Shown: piece after piece, positions 10,040-20,696 of the stretch
How positions within the stretch are numbered: the stretch's first letter is position 1
Layout of the letters: each line of letters begins with the position of its first letter
Source of the DNA: Candidatus Moanibacter sp.
GTDB lineage: Bacteria > Verrucomicrobiota > Verrucomicrobiia > Opitutales > UBA2987
Length of the DNA stretch: 64,000 bases
Reading direction: 5' to 3'
Assembly: GCA_965215885.1 (NCBI GenBank)
Contig: CBDCEW010000104.1
Coordinates: forward strand, 64,001-128,000
Translations under genes and position numbers: made by a program
Notes under the pieces: generated by a model
Told to the model about the DNA's origin: nothing
Databases searched by the model: none
The model's input: only the letters and a program-made list of their open reading frames with translations

Positions 10040-10859
10040 TCACGACGGCACGATCCCCGTCACATCCTTTACCAGATCCCGCAGATAAGTGTACGCTTCG
10101 GCACAGTAGCGCGGGAGGTTTTCCCAGTCCTCGACCTCCAACTCAAGGGCGAGAGGACCCTGGTAATTAATGGTGTGGCTGACGGAGGGCATCGATATAC
10201 CCCTTCAGATCGATCTCGCCGGCCCCGATTGCGACGGACTGGGACCCGATGTGGTCTTTGACGTGAAAGTTGAAGATGCGGTCGCGATATCTCTCGATAA
10301 GCTTCTCCCAGTCGACGCCGGCGGAGTGAAAATGTCCCGAATCAAGTGTAATTCCGACTTGGGGCGACTTGATCCGCGAGAAAATTGCGTCGTAGTCTTC
10401 GAGGAACTGGATCTGCTTTCGATAATGGGGTTCGAGGGCGATTCGCACGGGCCGATCGGCAACTAAAGGCAACAGCGCTTCCAGCCCCGCGATGGTTGCC
10501 TCGATACCCCCTTCGACCCTTTTGTTTCCTGAGATCACTACCAATGGACTACCGAGGACCTCCGCGGCATCGAACAGAGCGGCAATGTCCGGGGCGGCCT
10601 TTTGGGCATCCTCGATCGAGGAGGTGGGAAAGGTCGGGCTGTAGACCTCGGTGCATCGGGTGAGTCCGACCTCTTCCGCCCGGCGCCGCACCAGTTCGAA
10701 GTTGACCCATTTTGCGAGCCCTAGCCTCGAGGTGAGCGGCCCAGCGATGCCCCAGGCGCCGAAACCGATCTTCGGCGCAATGGCAAAACACGCCTCGACT
10801 TCGTCATTGCCGGGCATGCGTGTCGCGCACGTCGTGCAGGAGAGAAGGAACTGGCTCAT
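10040..10859 (-). pseudogene. Sugar phosphate isomerase/epimerase (xylose isomerase-like TIM barrel), frameshifted near the C-terminus
   Basis: ALEPH, LDSGH, FHVKD, GAGEID; the C-terminal YQGPLALELE...VPS* lies in another frame. Confidence 0.8.
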
Positions 10860-10887
10860 TGGGGTTTCATATCGGCCGCAAAAAGGC

Positions 10888-11069
10888 CTAGCCCGGACAT
10901 TTCACACACTTCGTAGCGAGACTGCGTAGGTTGCTGCGTATCAGTGACTATCCGCAGCACGGCGGGCGACAGCGTGTCGGAACCCTCTGAGGTCGCCGGG
11001 CAAGGGAAGGCTTTGAGAAGCAGTGACATCCGCGGTCGTAGCAGAAGATTTGTGAAATGTTCGGGCTAG
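10888..11069 (+). mobile_element. MITE family 1, copy 1 (182 bp including CTAG at both ends)
   Basis: TIR CTAGCCCGGACATTTCACA...TGTGAAATGTTCGGGCTAG; homologous copies at 21919 and 61304. Confidence 0.9.
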
Positions 11070-12082
11070 TGCCACGGATCGACGACGATCTTGCCGGCCT
11101 CGCCCCTGGCGAGAGTCTCAAAAGCGTCCTGAATGCGGCTCATTGGCATCTCATGGCTGATTAGCAGATCGATGAGCGGCGATTCCCGGATCACTTTCAT
11201 CACTTTCGGATAATCACCCTGGTTATAGAGCCACGTGCCGACAACGGTCAGGCCCTTGCGGATCATGTCGCGACTCACTTTGATAGTGAGATCCTCGCCG
11301 CATTCCCCTACGAATGAGACGCGTCCCCTCCGGCGGGCGGCGTCGATGCAAAGGCGCTCACCAGCGACGGTTCCCGAGCAATCGACCGCGCATTCGACCC
11401 CCTGACCGTCGGTCAGGGCGCGAATCTGGTCCAATAGGTCCGGATCGCCCGGGTCGAATACGGCTACCGCGCCCATTTCCCGTGCTCGCTCGGCGCGCCA
11501 TGGGGCGGGTTCGACCCCGATCACGCGGGCATTGCGGAAGCGCGCGTTGGCGATGGCTCCGAGACCGACTGGTCCCAGCCCGGTCACCAGAACGGTATCC
11601 TGGGAGTTGACATTGATCCTCTCCATACCGCCGAACGAAGCCCCGATGCCGTCGATGGCCATCGTGGCTTTCGCGTAGCTAACGTCTTCGGGGATTTTCG
11701 GCAGGAGCCAACCCGGCTTGAGAGTGTAATGGGCAAAGGTGCCGGAGCCGGCGATGGAACCGTTGAATTCCTCAAATTTGATGGTGTCCTCACAGTAGAT
11801 GTAATCGCCCGACATGCAGTAAGCACACCGCCCGCAGGGATACTGGGGTAAGATGACGACGCGATCCCCAACTTCGGCGGGACAGTGTTCGGCCACCTCG
11901 ACGATCTCTCCGACCCCCTCGTGGCCCATCTTGGAGTTTGTCTTTCCTGCGAGGTAAGCTTTGTACTCCGTGCAACAGGCGGATGCGTGCACTTTCACGA
12001 GAGCCCAGTCCGCCTTTGGACGTGGGTCGGGCATTTCCACAAAGTCGACTTGTCGTTCACCGGAAATCGTTGCTTGTATCAT
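11066..12082 (-). CDS. Zinc-dependent alcohol/polyol dehydrogenase (MDR family)
   Basis: GHEGVG, CGRCAYC..C zinc motif, GLGPVG. Confidence 0.92.
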   Translation of the reverse strand: MIQATISGERQVDFVEMPDPRPKADWALVKVHASACCTEYKAYLAGKTNSKMGHEGVGEIVEVAEHCPAEVGDRVVILPQYPCGRCAYCMSGDYIYCEDTIKFEEFNGSIAGSGTFAHYTLKPGWLLPKIPEDVSYAKATMAIDGIGASFGGMERINVNSQDTVLVTGLGPVGLGAIANARFRNARVIGVEPAPWRAERAREMGAVAVFDPGDPDLLDQIRALTDGQGVECAVDCSGTVAGERLCIDAARRRGRVSFVGECGEDLTIKVSRDMIRKGLTVVGTWLYNQGDYPKVMKVIRESPLIDLLISHEMPMSRIQDAFETLARGEAGKIVVDPWH

Positions 12083-12269
12083 TGTGCTTCCTTGCGATTG
12101 CTGAGAGAGATAGAGAACTGGAATGGTGGAAGTTTGTAAATGGAAGATCGATTCGTAGTGGCGCAGTTTGGAACCGGCGGCTCCTTAAAACAAGACGAAT
12201 TACCGCTGCATTCATGCTTTCAATCGGCTGGCACCGTGACTACGAATGCTGCTTGGCAGAATTGATGTC

Positions 12270-12599
12270 ATGACAAGTGACGAAGCGCTCATTGCCCGGA
12301 TTCGTCCGATACTCTCCCGCCGAAAGGGGTTCTCCGAAAGGAAAATGTTCGGTGGCGTCTGCTTTATGTTAAATGGGAATATGAGCGTCGGCACCTGGAA
12401 GGGCTCACTCGTCGTCCGGCTGGACAAAGCTAAACACGATGAGGTCCAGGCGGAGCCATACACTAAACCATTCGATGTTACGGGGAGAGTCATGAAGGGT
12501 TGGGCCTTAATCGAACCCGCGGGTATAAAGACCGACTCAGATCTGAAAGCGTGGGTCCGTCGAGCAGCGAAGTTTGCTGGGTCGTTGCCGCCCAAATAA
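12270..12599 (+). CDS. TfoX/Sxy N-terminal domain protein
   Basis: ERKMFGGVCFMLNGNM, LVVRL, MKGW, SLPPK. Confidence 0.85.
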   Translation: MTSDEALIARIRPILSRRKGFSERKMFGGVCFMLNGNMSVGTWKGSLVVRLDKAKHDEVQAEPYTKPFDVTGRVMKGWALIEPAGIKTDSDLKAWVRRAAKFAGSLPPK

Positions 12600-12749
12600 T
12601 AGATTCACGTGGGACATTTTAACGCTACGCATTGGTCACAGCGCAGTGTGTCATGCCCTCTGCCCTTGACGAACTGATCGCACGGCGTGATTATCCGGAA
12701 CTATAGAATATCTTGTTCGGCGACAGAATAGTGCCATTGGAGGTATTGA

Positions 12750-13487
12750 ATGGCTTTGAGAGAGGAACTGGAAAGGCAGGGCAATTGGCTGTTCAGTCGG
12801 AGAAGCTACCTGCCTTTACTGATTCTTCCAATTCTGCTTATTGCTCTGCGAAATTCCGAGCAGGTTCTTGGAGATACGTTAGATGACTTTTATGAGGTCC
12901 TCTGCATCACGATATCTTTTCTGGGGTTCACGATACGTTGTATTACAGTTGGCCATGTCCCTAAGGAGACGTCTGGTAGAAACACGGTAATGCAGATAGC
13001 CGAATCCCTCAATACGACGGGTATGTATTCATTGCTGCGCCACCCGCTTTATTTTGGGAATTTTATCATCTTTTTAGGTATAACATTCTCTGTTCAAGTG
13101 TGGTGGTTCAGCCTTTTAATGGTTTTGGCGTTTCTTGTTTACTACGAACGCATCATGTTAGCGGAGGAGGAATTCTTAAGGGACAAATTTGGAGTTTTGT
13201 ATCTAACGTGGGCTGAAGACACGCCGGCATTTTTACCAAAACTCAAGCTGTGGCAACAACCCAGTCTTCCATTTTCGTTTAGAAATGTTCTGAAAAGAGA
13301 ATACACGGGATTTTTTGTTATAATTGCTTCCTTCACACTGCTTGAGATTCTTGCAGATTTGGTTTCCGAAGGAGTCCTTGAAATAGATCTGGAGTGGCTA
13401 ATCATTTTTTCTGTCGGATTGCTTATCTATTTGGTCTTAAGGACTCTGAAGAAAAAAACCGGAATATTGAATGTTGATGGACGGTGA
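12750..13487 (+). CDS. ICMT-family membrane methyltransferase, lipid A phosphate methyltransferase (LmtA)-like
   Basis: QGNWLF.RRSYLP, TSGRNT..QIAESLNTTGMYS..RHPLYFGN, EEEFL..KFG; AT-rich. Confidence 0.75.
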   Translation: MALREELERQGNWLFSRRSYLPLLILPILLIALRNSEQVLGDTLDDFYEVLCITISFLGFTIRCITVGHVPKETSGRNTVMQIAESLNTTGMYSLLRHPLYFGNFIIFLGITFSVQVWWFSLLMVLAFLVYYERIMLAEEEFLRDKFGVLYLTWAEDTPAFLPKLKLWQQPSLPFSFRNVLKREYTGFFVIIASFTLLEILADLVSEGVLEIDLEWLIIFSVGLLIYLVLRTLKKKTGILNVDGR

Positions 13488-13547
13488 TTCGATTCCCGAG
13501 AAAGACCGATCCTACTCATCGGGAGACATCTTCCAATTCTAAAGGCG

Positions 13548-14399
13548 ATGCATAAACTGACACAACCCGCTGCGTCCCTCGGGCTCGCTAAAACGCAGAT
13601 ACAATCGTTTTGGGAAACGGGTTACCTTGTGATTGATGACGTTTTCACTGATAGCGACATTGCGTTGCTCAGGGCGGCGTGTGAATCTTCCGGTTTAGTC
13701 GATGATCTGAAGAAGCGGGATTTTGAGAGCCGCACGGTGCATCTTTTGGAAATCACAACCCGGCACCCGCTCTTTTTGGAACTCGCCAGGAGTCCACGCA
13801 TGATAGAGCGCATGGTGCCCCTGATAGGCCCGGATATTCAGCTTCAGCACTCAAAATTGGCGACCAAGCCGCCGGCGAAGGGAAAGGGACCTGTTAAGTG
13901 GCACCAGGATTTTGCCTATTTTCCGCACACCAACACGGATCTGGTTGCCGTCATGGTTATGCTCGATGATGCAACGCCTGAAAATGGATGTATGCAAGTC
14001 GTTCGAGGCAGCCACAAAATGGGTTTACTGAACCATACCGAAGCGGACGGTCTCTTCCAGGGGCAGTGCCAGGAGTCACACTTGTGGGCGGATGCCGGCC
14101 GTCTTGATCATGTGACGCCGAAGGCTGGAGGCATCAGCATCCATCACTGTTTGACGCTCCACGGTTCTCCTGCGAACCGTTCAGGCGAGCCGCGCCGTGG
14201 CGTTGTGTTCCAGTACCGCGCTGACGATGCCTATCAACTCGCCGATGCCATTTGGGCGGATACAGGACTGCTCATTTGCGGAAAGCGACGAGAGCAGGCA
14301 CGTTGTGACGCCGGAGCTCTTCCCTTGCCGAAATCGCATCGTTACCCTGAGCACCCATTTGGCAATGCCTGGAATCAGGAGGGCGAATTGGCGCGTTAA
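13548..14399 (+). CDS. PhyH-family Fe(II)/2OG dioxygenase
   Basis: WHQD, ENGCMQVVRGSH, HGS..N.S..PRR. Confidence 0.9.
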   Translation: MHKLTQPAASLGLAKTQIQSFWETGYLVIDDVFTDSDIALLRAACESSGLVDDLKKRDFESRTVHLLEITTRHPLFLELARSPRMIERMVPLIGPDIQLQHSKLATKPPAKGKGPVKWHQDFAYFPHTNTDLVAVMVMLDDATPENGCMQVVRGSHKMGLLNHTEADGLFQGQCQESHLWADAGRLDHVTPKAGGISIHHCLTLHGSPANRSGEPRRGVVFQYRADDAYQLADAIWADTGLLICGKRREQARCDAGALPLPKSHRYPEHPFGNAWNQEGELAR

Positions 14400-14433
14400 C
14401 GGGACTACCTCACCACTTCAGGTTAAATGTGAA

Positions 14434-14646
14434 ATGCGTGAAATCAAATCGATCTGTCTGAGTTGGAAGGCGATTTTGTCTTTCTTGATGTTGCCAGTCC
14501 TGGCGATTCTCGGCGTTTTCATGGCGGGAGTGTTTGGAATCATATGCGGCGTGACGATTGGAGGTGGGTTGATTGGTTACGTCCTGTGTGATTTGGAGAA
14601 GAAGAGCGTTGACGAGGCTGCCGGTACCCATTCGATTGGCGATTGA
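14434..14646 (+). CDS. Small hypothetical membrane protein
   Basis: 70-aa ORF with two hydrophobic segments. Confidence 0.4.
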   Translation: MREIKSICLSWKAILSFLMLPVLAILGVFMAGVFGIICGVTIGGGLIGYVLCDLEKKSVDEAAGTHSIGD

Positions 14647-14686
14647 AGACTGTAAGTGTAGACCGCAACGTCATTCGATTTCGCTC

Positions 14687-16123
14687 ATGCAAAAATTCCC
14701 TCACTCTTTCGTTTCCTCCATTGCATTTTGTGTCCTTCCTTTACTCGTTCAAGCCGACGTCCTCTCCTGGCGAAATGGGGGCGATGGCGCTTATCCCAAA
14801 GCTCAACCTCCACTAGATTGGGAATCCACCGATTCAACATTGTGGACAACCCCGTTCAGGGAAAGCAACGCCAGTCCGATTCTGGTCGACGGAAAGCTTT
14901 TCTTCACTGAAGAACCGACAGCCCTGGTCTGTGTGAACAGCGAAACAGGGGAGCTCCTCTGGAGGCAAAACAATAGTCTCTTGGACTTATTGGGCTTTAG
15001 TGATGAAGAAATACAGGCAGCAAAAGCCACGATTGCGGAATCGGAGCGACTCGATAAGGAGATCGCCCGAAAACAGTATGAACGCAGACGTCTCCAGCAC
15101 TCAGAATCAAGCGCCACCAAGGAGGAGATTGAGAAGCGAAGGAGTGAACTTCGCGATGAATATACTGAACTCGAAAAACAAAGGGAAGAACTGAGAAAGA
15201 ACGACCCTTACGGTAACGCCGTTTTACCCGTCACGCATCCATCGAACGGATATTGTTCTTATACTCCTGTTTCCGATGGAAAAAAAGTCTTTGCCTGCTT
15301 CGGATCCAGTGCGGTTGTTGCCTTCGATCTGAAAGGTCATCGTCTCTGGCACAGGATACTCGACGAAACCGATCACAGTTTTGGCGGATCCGTATCACCG
15401 TTGCTGATCGATGGTAAACTGATCGTACGCTTTTCCGATTATGTCGCGTTGGACCCGCAAGATGGGAGAGAAATCTGGCGCGCCCCGAGTAGAGTTAACT
15501 TTGGCACTCCGGTGGCGTTTGAATTGGAAAACAAAGCCTATCTGTTTACTTCCAGGGGAGAAGTGATTCGGATATCCGACGGAAGAAAACTCACTGAGGA
15601 ATTGGTGGAAATTCGAAGCGAAGATAGAAATTGGGCTGTATTCAATTCTCCCGTGCTGGTTAACGACCGTCTCTACACCGTTCGCGGAGTAGGTGGCGAA
15701 GAGGGAGACGTATACCAGTTCCGGATACCCGACAATACCAGGGACCTCGAGCAGCACGGTTTGGAACTCGTTTGGAGGAAAGACGTTCGTAAGAGGCGCT
15801 ATTATGCATCGCCGCTGCTTATTGACGGATTGCTCTACCTGTTTTCTGACAACCATTGGTTGATGGTACTCGATGCGGACTCCGGCGAGCTGGTCTATGA
15901 GCACCGGATCGAGGGCATGCAAGGGGTGGCCTACCCGAGTCTGGTCCGGGCGGGGAATCTAATTTTCGCCGGTTCCGAGAGCGGGCAAGTTGCCTTTTTC
16001 AAGCCGGGGCGCAGGTATGAGGAAATCTCACGCAGCGAAGTACCGGATTATCGCAGTACCCCCCTCTTCGAAGGTAATAGGGCCTACCTTCGCACCCTTG
16101 AAGATATTCGAGCGATTCAATAG
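14687..16123 (+). CDS. PQQ-binding-like beta-propeller (BamB-like) secreted protein with a coiled-coil insert
   Basis: Signal peptide, WR.G, ASP, TP.SDG, repeated G..LW units. Confidence 0.8.
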   Translation: MQKFPHSFVSSIAFCVLPLLVQADVLSWRNGGDGAYPKAQPPLDWESTDSTLWTTPFRESNASPILVDGKLFFTEEPTALVCVNSETGELLWRQNNSLLDLLGFSDEEIQAAKATIAESERLDKEIARKQYERRRLQHSESSATKEEIEKRRSELRDEYTELEKQREELRKNDPYGNAVLPVTHPSNGYCSYTPVSDGKKVFACFGSSAVVAFDLKGHRLWHRILDETDHSFGGSVSPLLIDGKLIVRFSDYVALDPQDGREIWRAPSRVNFGTPVAFELENKAYLFTSRGEVIRISDGRKLTEELVEIRSEDRNWAVFNSPVLVNDRLYTVRGVGGEEGDVYQFRIPDNTRDLEQHGLELVWRKDVRKRRYYASPLLIDGLLYLFSDNHWLMVLDADSGELVYEHRIEGMQGVAYPSLVRAGNLIFAGSESGQVAFFKPGRRYEEISRSEVPDYRSTPLFEGNRAYLRTLEDIRAIQ

Positions 16124-16139
16124 GCTCGTTTGCCGGCCT

Positions 16140-16308
16140 GGCACGGCCATTACACACTTCCTGGTGCGGTCGCTCTTTGTCGTTAGCGGGCAAAATCTCC
16201 AGAACGCCACCTTCGGGAATGTTGATGAAATACTGGCCCTTTGCTTCCTTCGCTGTGAGGATCTCAAAATCCAGAGTGTCGCAATACCATTGAGTGAGGT
16301 TTGCGACG
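16140..16308 (-). pseudogene. VOC/glyoxalase family fragment
   Basis: Reads VANLTQWYCDTLDFEIL...YFINIPEGGVLEILPA; no start or proper end. Confidence 0.5.
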
Positions 16309-16417
16309 AGGTCACGACGAACCTGTGCTCACGGCTGGCGAAAAGTGGTTTGTTATCATTGACCTGATAACAGAAGGCGTATGGTCTACTCAGACGCCGA
16401 ATAGAGGAGAGAAACTG

Positions 16418-16783
16418 GTGAAGGGACTCATCAAAAAGCAAGTAGAAGTCTGTCTTGAGGAGTTGAGAGGAAAGGCGCTTCGGGAGGAGAGCCTGCAACG
16501 AATCAGCGAACTGGCCGAACAGCTTCCGGACGGACGTCAGGACCTTCTGTATCTTCAGGCAGAGCAGACCTCGGTGACCAGTCGCGTGATCGGCATGAGC
16601 AGTTTCGAAGACGGGCAGTTCAGCGACGGACCAGGCGATCCCGACGACTGGCCGTATCAGACGGTGAGTGAGGCGATGGCCGATGGTTGGCGGATCATCA
16701 AGTTTCCCGAGATGGCCCTGCTCCTCGACGAGCGCCGCACCTATGGATTAGGATGTGAATTCGTTCTCGAGAAATGGAGCTAG
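16418..16783 (+). CDS. Conserved hypothetical protein
   Basis: GTG start after RBS GAGGAG; RQDLLYLQA, WPY.TV..AM.DGWRIIKFP, CEFVLEK. Confidence 0.65.
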   Translation: MKGLIKKQVEVCLEELRGKALREESLQRISELAEQLPDGRQDLLYLQAEQTSVTSRVIGMSSFEDGQFSDGPGDPDDWPYQTVSEAMADGWRIIKFPEMALLLDERRTYGLGCEFVLEKWS

Positions 16784-16853
16784 CATCCTGTCGGAATGAA
16801 ACCGAGTGGCTTTTCGGGATAGAAGTATAAAGTCCGACAGATTCCTAAGACCT

Positions 16854-17720
16854 ATGAGAAACCATGATTGCCAGCCAACGATGAACGATACCCAGGTGTT
16901 GGAATTCTGCAAGAGGGGGTTTCTGGTCCTGGAGGGAGCCGTTCCCGATGCAATCAACCGGCGAACGATCGAGTTTCTGGAGGATCGAGACCATACAAGT
17001 GAGCCGACGGAACTCATGCACGAGGATTGGTTTGTCGACAACGTGATCCTCCAACCCGATGCGGCGGGAGCGATTCGCTCGTTGCTTGGGAGAGATTTCG
17101 GTCTGCCGATTCTGGTCAGTAACCATCGTGCTAGATGCCCATCGCCGAGGCAGTACTGGCATCGGGACGGCGCCTCCCAGTACGGTCCGCAGCTGCACTA
17201 CCTGCAGGTATTCTACTATCCCCAGGATGTGCCACGCGAATTGGGGCCGACCGCACTCCTACCGGGCTCTCACTTTCTCTACAACCTGGGACAGTTAACG
17301 CAGAACTACATGGGACACTATGGCGGTATAAGGGGAACCTATCATACAGCTGCGCCGGCGGGTAGCATTTTTCTGACAGTCTATTCAATTTGGCACCGCC
17401 GCAGCGCCTCAACCGGGACCGGAGTGCGACACAACATCAAGTACAGTTATTTCCGCACGGTCGAGCCGGAGAGGGACTGGCTGATGGAAGGCAACTTCGA
17501 CTTCGCCACCGCCGACTACGGATTCGGCAAACCGCTGACCTACCGGCAGCAGCATCGGGACACAATCGACAACGCGGAGATGTTTTACTGGTTATCCGGC
17601 AAATCGGAAGAGTTTAGCTGCCTCGGGGGGGCGGGCTGGCCGGTAGTCAACTCGGATGGGCACGAAATCGTGGGACGCCCTTACGGGGTGCCGGCGGGAC
17701 GGGATGTGTATGAAGATTAG
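16854..17720 (+). CDS. PhyH-family Fe(II)/2OG dioxygenase
   Basis: WHRD, YYPQD, GPT..LPGSH, IWHRR. Confidence 0.85.
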   Translation: MRNHDCQPTMNDTQVLEFCKRGFLVLEGAVPDAINRRTIEFLEDRDHTSEPTELMHEDWFVDNVILQPDAAGAIRSLLGRDFGLPILVSNHRARCPSPRQYWHRDGASQYGPQLHYLQVFYYPQDVPRELGPTALLPGSHFLYNLGQLTQNYMGHYGGIRGTYHTAAPAGSIFLTVYSIWHRRSASTGTGVRHNIKYSYFRTVEPERDWLMEGNFDFATADYGFGKPLTYRQQHRDTIDNAEMFYWLSGKSEEFSCLGGAGWPVVNSDGHEIVGRPYGVPAGRDVYED

Positions 17721-17864
17721 ATTAATTAGCTTTTGAACTGTTGAATTTGCGAATTGTCATTGGACTATGGGCTGATCGACATCAGATCACGATTGAAAGC
17801 ACGATGGGAGAGCGGTGTGTTCGATCTTCTGTAACGGGTCAACCTCTTCAGTTTATCTTAGCTA

Positions 17865-20342
17865 TTACTGCTCCAAAGTAAAATGATCGAACTCGACGTG
17901 GCACAGCTCCCCTCTCGCACTGAAGGCGTGAACGAAAATGCCGACGTCTTGCGCGGAATCGGCATCCTCCGTTGAAATTCGATGCAGGGCTGAAAATTGC
18001 TTTCCGGTCCTGGTGACGTGACGAAACTGCGTATCCTCGTAATGACAGACGGCGTATTTCGGGTAGAACCAGTCGACCACACAGCCCGAGTCGTTCTCCG
18101 GGTCGGTCATGTCATTTTTGACGATTAGCCCTCCGCCACAATAGGGTCCGGTGACGTGGCGCACAGAAAACGTGGTGGTGGCAAATAAATCGCCTTCAAC
18201 GCCTTTCAGATAGAGGGCGGCGTATTGACGATCCGGCTTCTGGATCTGGTGTTCTCCTCCGCCGGCCTCGATGATAATTTTCTCGCGGGTTTGAAAGAAG
18301 TTGGCTGCAGTGTTGGCAAAGGTGGCGTAGGGCCAAACAGGAAAGTCGCCTATCTTCAGCTTGTGCGGTCCCTCTTCCTGGAAGCGGTGCTGAAGCGTTA
18401 TTTCCTTCTCTTCACCCGGGGCAAGAGTGACGTGCGTTGACGCAACTGCTTCGCCGTCGGCCAGCAACTTCACAAGTTTGGTTCCTGCCTGCCCGCCGAT
18501 GTTCTTTAGAGGTACGGAAACGAGGGTATTTTTACCGGCCGCCGCAGGCGATTCGATCTTCATTCGCTCACCAAACTCAAACGCGGCGGGGATTGAAAGA
18601 ACTTCGCTGCGAGGTGAGCCACCCTGAAGGTGAGCCACCCTGATCTTATAGTTGCCGGGCAGGTAGCAGGACTGAGTCGTCAGGGTTAACGGGCGGCTTT
18701 CCCCTTCCTTCAGCCATAGCCATTGAGAACCGGACAACTTGCCGTCAACGTGAACCTCGGCCTTGAATGCGCCTTCGTTTCCCGTGTTGGTAACTGTCAC
18801 GCGTGCCGTAAAACTCTCGTTAGCCACAATCTGCTTCGATACTTCGAGGTTGCTAATCGCAGGCTCTCCAGCCAGCGGGAGCATGTCCGTTTGGGATAGG
18901 TCCTCCGCGATGTCCAAAGGAGTCAGGTTCTCGCCCCAATCGTTGTTTGCCAGGTGGATGTCGGATGTCTGTGCTCCTTCGGCGTGGAGAAACGTGCGGG
19001 AAGCCGGTCCTTTGCAGTTTCGAATGGAAACTCCCTTAACCCGTTTGAGGGTCAGGACCGGTCCCGCGCCCTTCTTATCGGAAATATCCTGTACGTCCAG
19101 CCCGTCAATGGCCACTTCCGATCCGTTTTCAGAGATCAAGACTGATTCCACGTCGTCAAGCAGAAGTTTGACATCGCTCAGGCTCAGGCCGTGGACATGT
19201 CGAGTCTTCAGCCAATAGGGTAGGGGCTTCGAATTCCGTGGGAGCGCGGCGCTATACCAATACCGTACAGGTTTCGCGCTTCCTGTGATTGTGATGTTCC
19301 GAAGCGTCACGTTCTCTATGGGAGCTTCCGGCAACCCCCATACGGCGGACCTCCCCTTCAATCCCTGCGCGACGATGTTCTGGAGAGAAATATTCCGGAT
19401 GATCGGCCTGTCGACGGTCAATGATGTCACGTCGATCAACCCGCTGACATTCTTTATGGCAATATTCGTGAAGCTGATGTTCTCGATCGCTCTTTTGGGA
19501 GTATCTTTGCGGTTTGGGCTCATCAGTTGTATGGCCAACATGGCGCCGGTATCTTCGAACGAGCAGTTCGAGACCGCAATGTCCCTGAAGATTCCAAACG
19601 TTCCAGTTCCGATCTTTACGGCGGGATGCCCGCAGTTGCGGATCGTCGAATTCCTGATGACAATATTTTCCGTGAGGAAGCCGCACTCGGGCGCCATTCC
19701 GGACATTTCATTCTTAATAGCAATCGGGTCGTCCTTTGAACCTTCGATCAGCACTTCATCTAAGCAGACGAATTGCGAGCAGACCGGATTGATTCCATCG
19801 GCGTAGCTGTCGAGGCACTTCACGCGGATCACGTCGACCTTGTTGCATCCGAAGAATGTAATCGCCCAGCTGGGCGAGTTTCGCACGGTGATGTCTTTGA
19901 TCAGGATGTTCCGGGAATTCTCGAACAGAATCGGAAGCGGCCCTCTACGGATTGCCTCCCCTTGATGGGAATCTAAAGCCAGGTTGCCGTCGATGGTACC
20001 TTCGCCCACCAGCGAAACGTTTTGAACCTTATCACCGTGAAGGAAAATACGACGGGAGCCGGTTCCGTGGACATAGCAGCTCTTTGGAGGGATCTCGTAA
20101 TCATCCATGTTCTTGCTCTGAAGCAACGTCGCATCGGCTGGCAAGTGCAGCGTAACGTTACTTCTCAGGCGAAGCATTCCTGCCCGATGCGTCCCGGGCG
20201 GAAAAGACACCGTCCCGCCGCCCGCTTTTCCGCAAGCATCAATCGCTTCCTGAATAGCCTTCGTATCCAACTGTCTTAATTCTTTCCGGCGATTATTTCG
20301 ATTTGGTCCTTGGGGCCGTAGAAATAAGCCCCCGGCTGCCAC
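17865..20342 (-). CDS. GH28/pectate-lyase-like beta-helix glycosidase with CARDB-like domains; native N-terminus appears lost
   Basis: DTKAIQEAIDAC, LRSNVTLH, ADGINP, DDPIAIK, KIGT; no signal peptide and no GAxGDG before DTKAIQ. Confidence 0.75.
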   Translation of the reverse strand: MAAGGLFLRPQGPNRNNRRKELRQLDTKAIQEAIDACGKAGGGTVSFPPGTHRAGMLRLRSNVTLHLPADATLLQSKNMDDYEIPPKSCYVHGTGSRRIFLHGDKVQNVSLVGEGTIDGNLALDSHQGEAIRRGPLPILFENSRNILIKDITVRNSPSWAITFFGCNKVDVIRVKCLDSYADGINPVCSQFVCLDEVLIEGSKDDPIAIKNEMSGMAPECGFLTENIVIRNSTIRNCGHPAVKIGTGTFGIFRDIAVSNCSFEDTGAMLAIQLMSPNRKDTPKRAIENISFTNIAIKNVSGLIDVTSLTVDRPIIRNISLQNIVAQGLKGRSAVWGLPEAPIENVTLRNITITGSAKPVRYWYSAALPRNSKPLPYWLKTRHVHGLSLSDVKLLLDDVESVLISENGSEVAIDGLDVQDISDKKGAGPVLTLKRVKGVSIRNCKGPASRTFLHAEGAQTSDIHLANNDWGENLTPLDIAEDLSQTDMLPLAGEPAISNLEVSKQIVANESFTARVTVTNTGNEGAFKAEVHVDGKLSGSQWLWLKEGESRPLTLTTQSCYLPGNYKIRVAHLQGGSPRSEVLSIPAAFEFGERMKIESPAAAGKNTLVSVPLKNIGGQAGTKLVKLLADGEAVASTHVTLAPGEEKEITLQHRFQEEGPHKLKIGDFPVWPYATFANTAANFFQTREKIIIEAGGGEHQIQKPDRQYAALYLKGVEGDLFATTTFSVRHVTGPYCGGGLIVKNDMTDPENDSGCVVDWFYPKYAVCHYEDTQFRHVTRTGKQFSALHRISTEDADSAQDVGIFVHAFSARGELCHVEFDHFTLEQ

Positions 20343-20520
20343 TTCGTTCCTAAATCTCCAAGCAAACGGCGCTGTCTAGGGGTGCATAGATCCAGCACCT
20401 CCGCCATACTCAATTGGATGTAAACCCCATTATTTCAACCACCATTCCGAAAGTGGCAGGATGATCGATCAATTCGATAAAAACCTTACTTTCCGGCAGG
20501 ATGTTCCGGTATCGCCTGAA
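20276..20520 (-). pseudogene. Heavily deleted PhyH-family remnant
   Basis: FIELIDHPATFGMVVEIMG..IQLSMAEV followed by CTPRQRRLLGDLG...YFYGPKDQ. Confidence 0.55.
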
Positions 20521-20696
20521 AAGCGATTTATTTCCGCAACCTTACGCCGTCGTTACCGTAACGACTTGCGTGCAGTGGCCAGGGAAAAACGGGAACGGAT
20601 TATTCGCGATTGGTAATGCGCGATTGAGCAGGACAGCATCGTTCAGTTGCATTCGCGTATAATCGCGCTATTCGTAGATTTAAAAGGGACGAAAAA

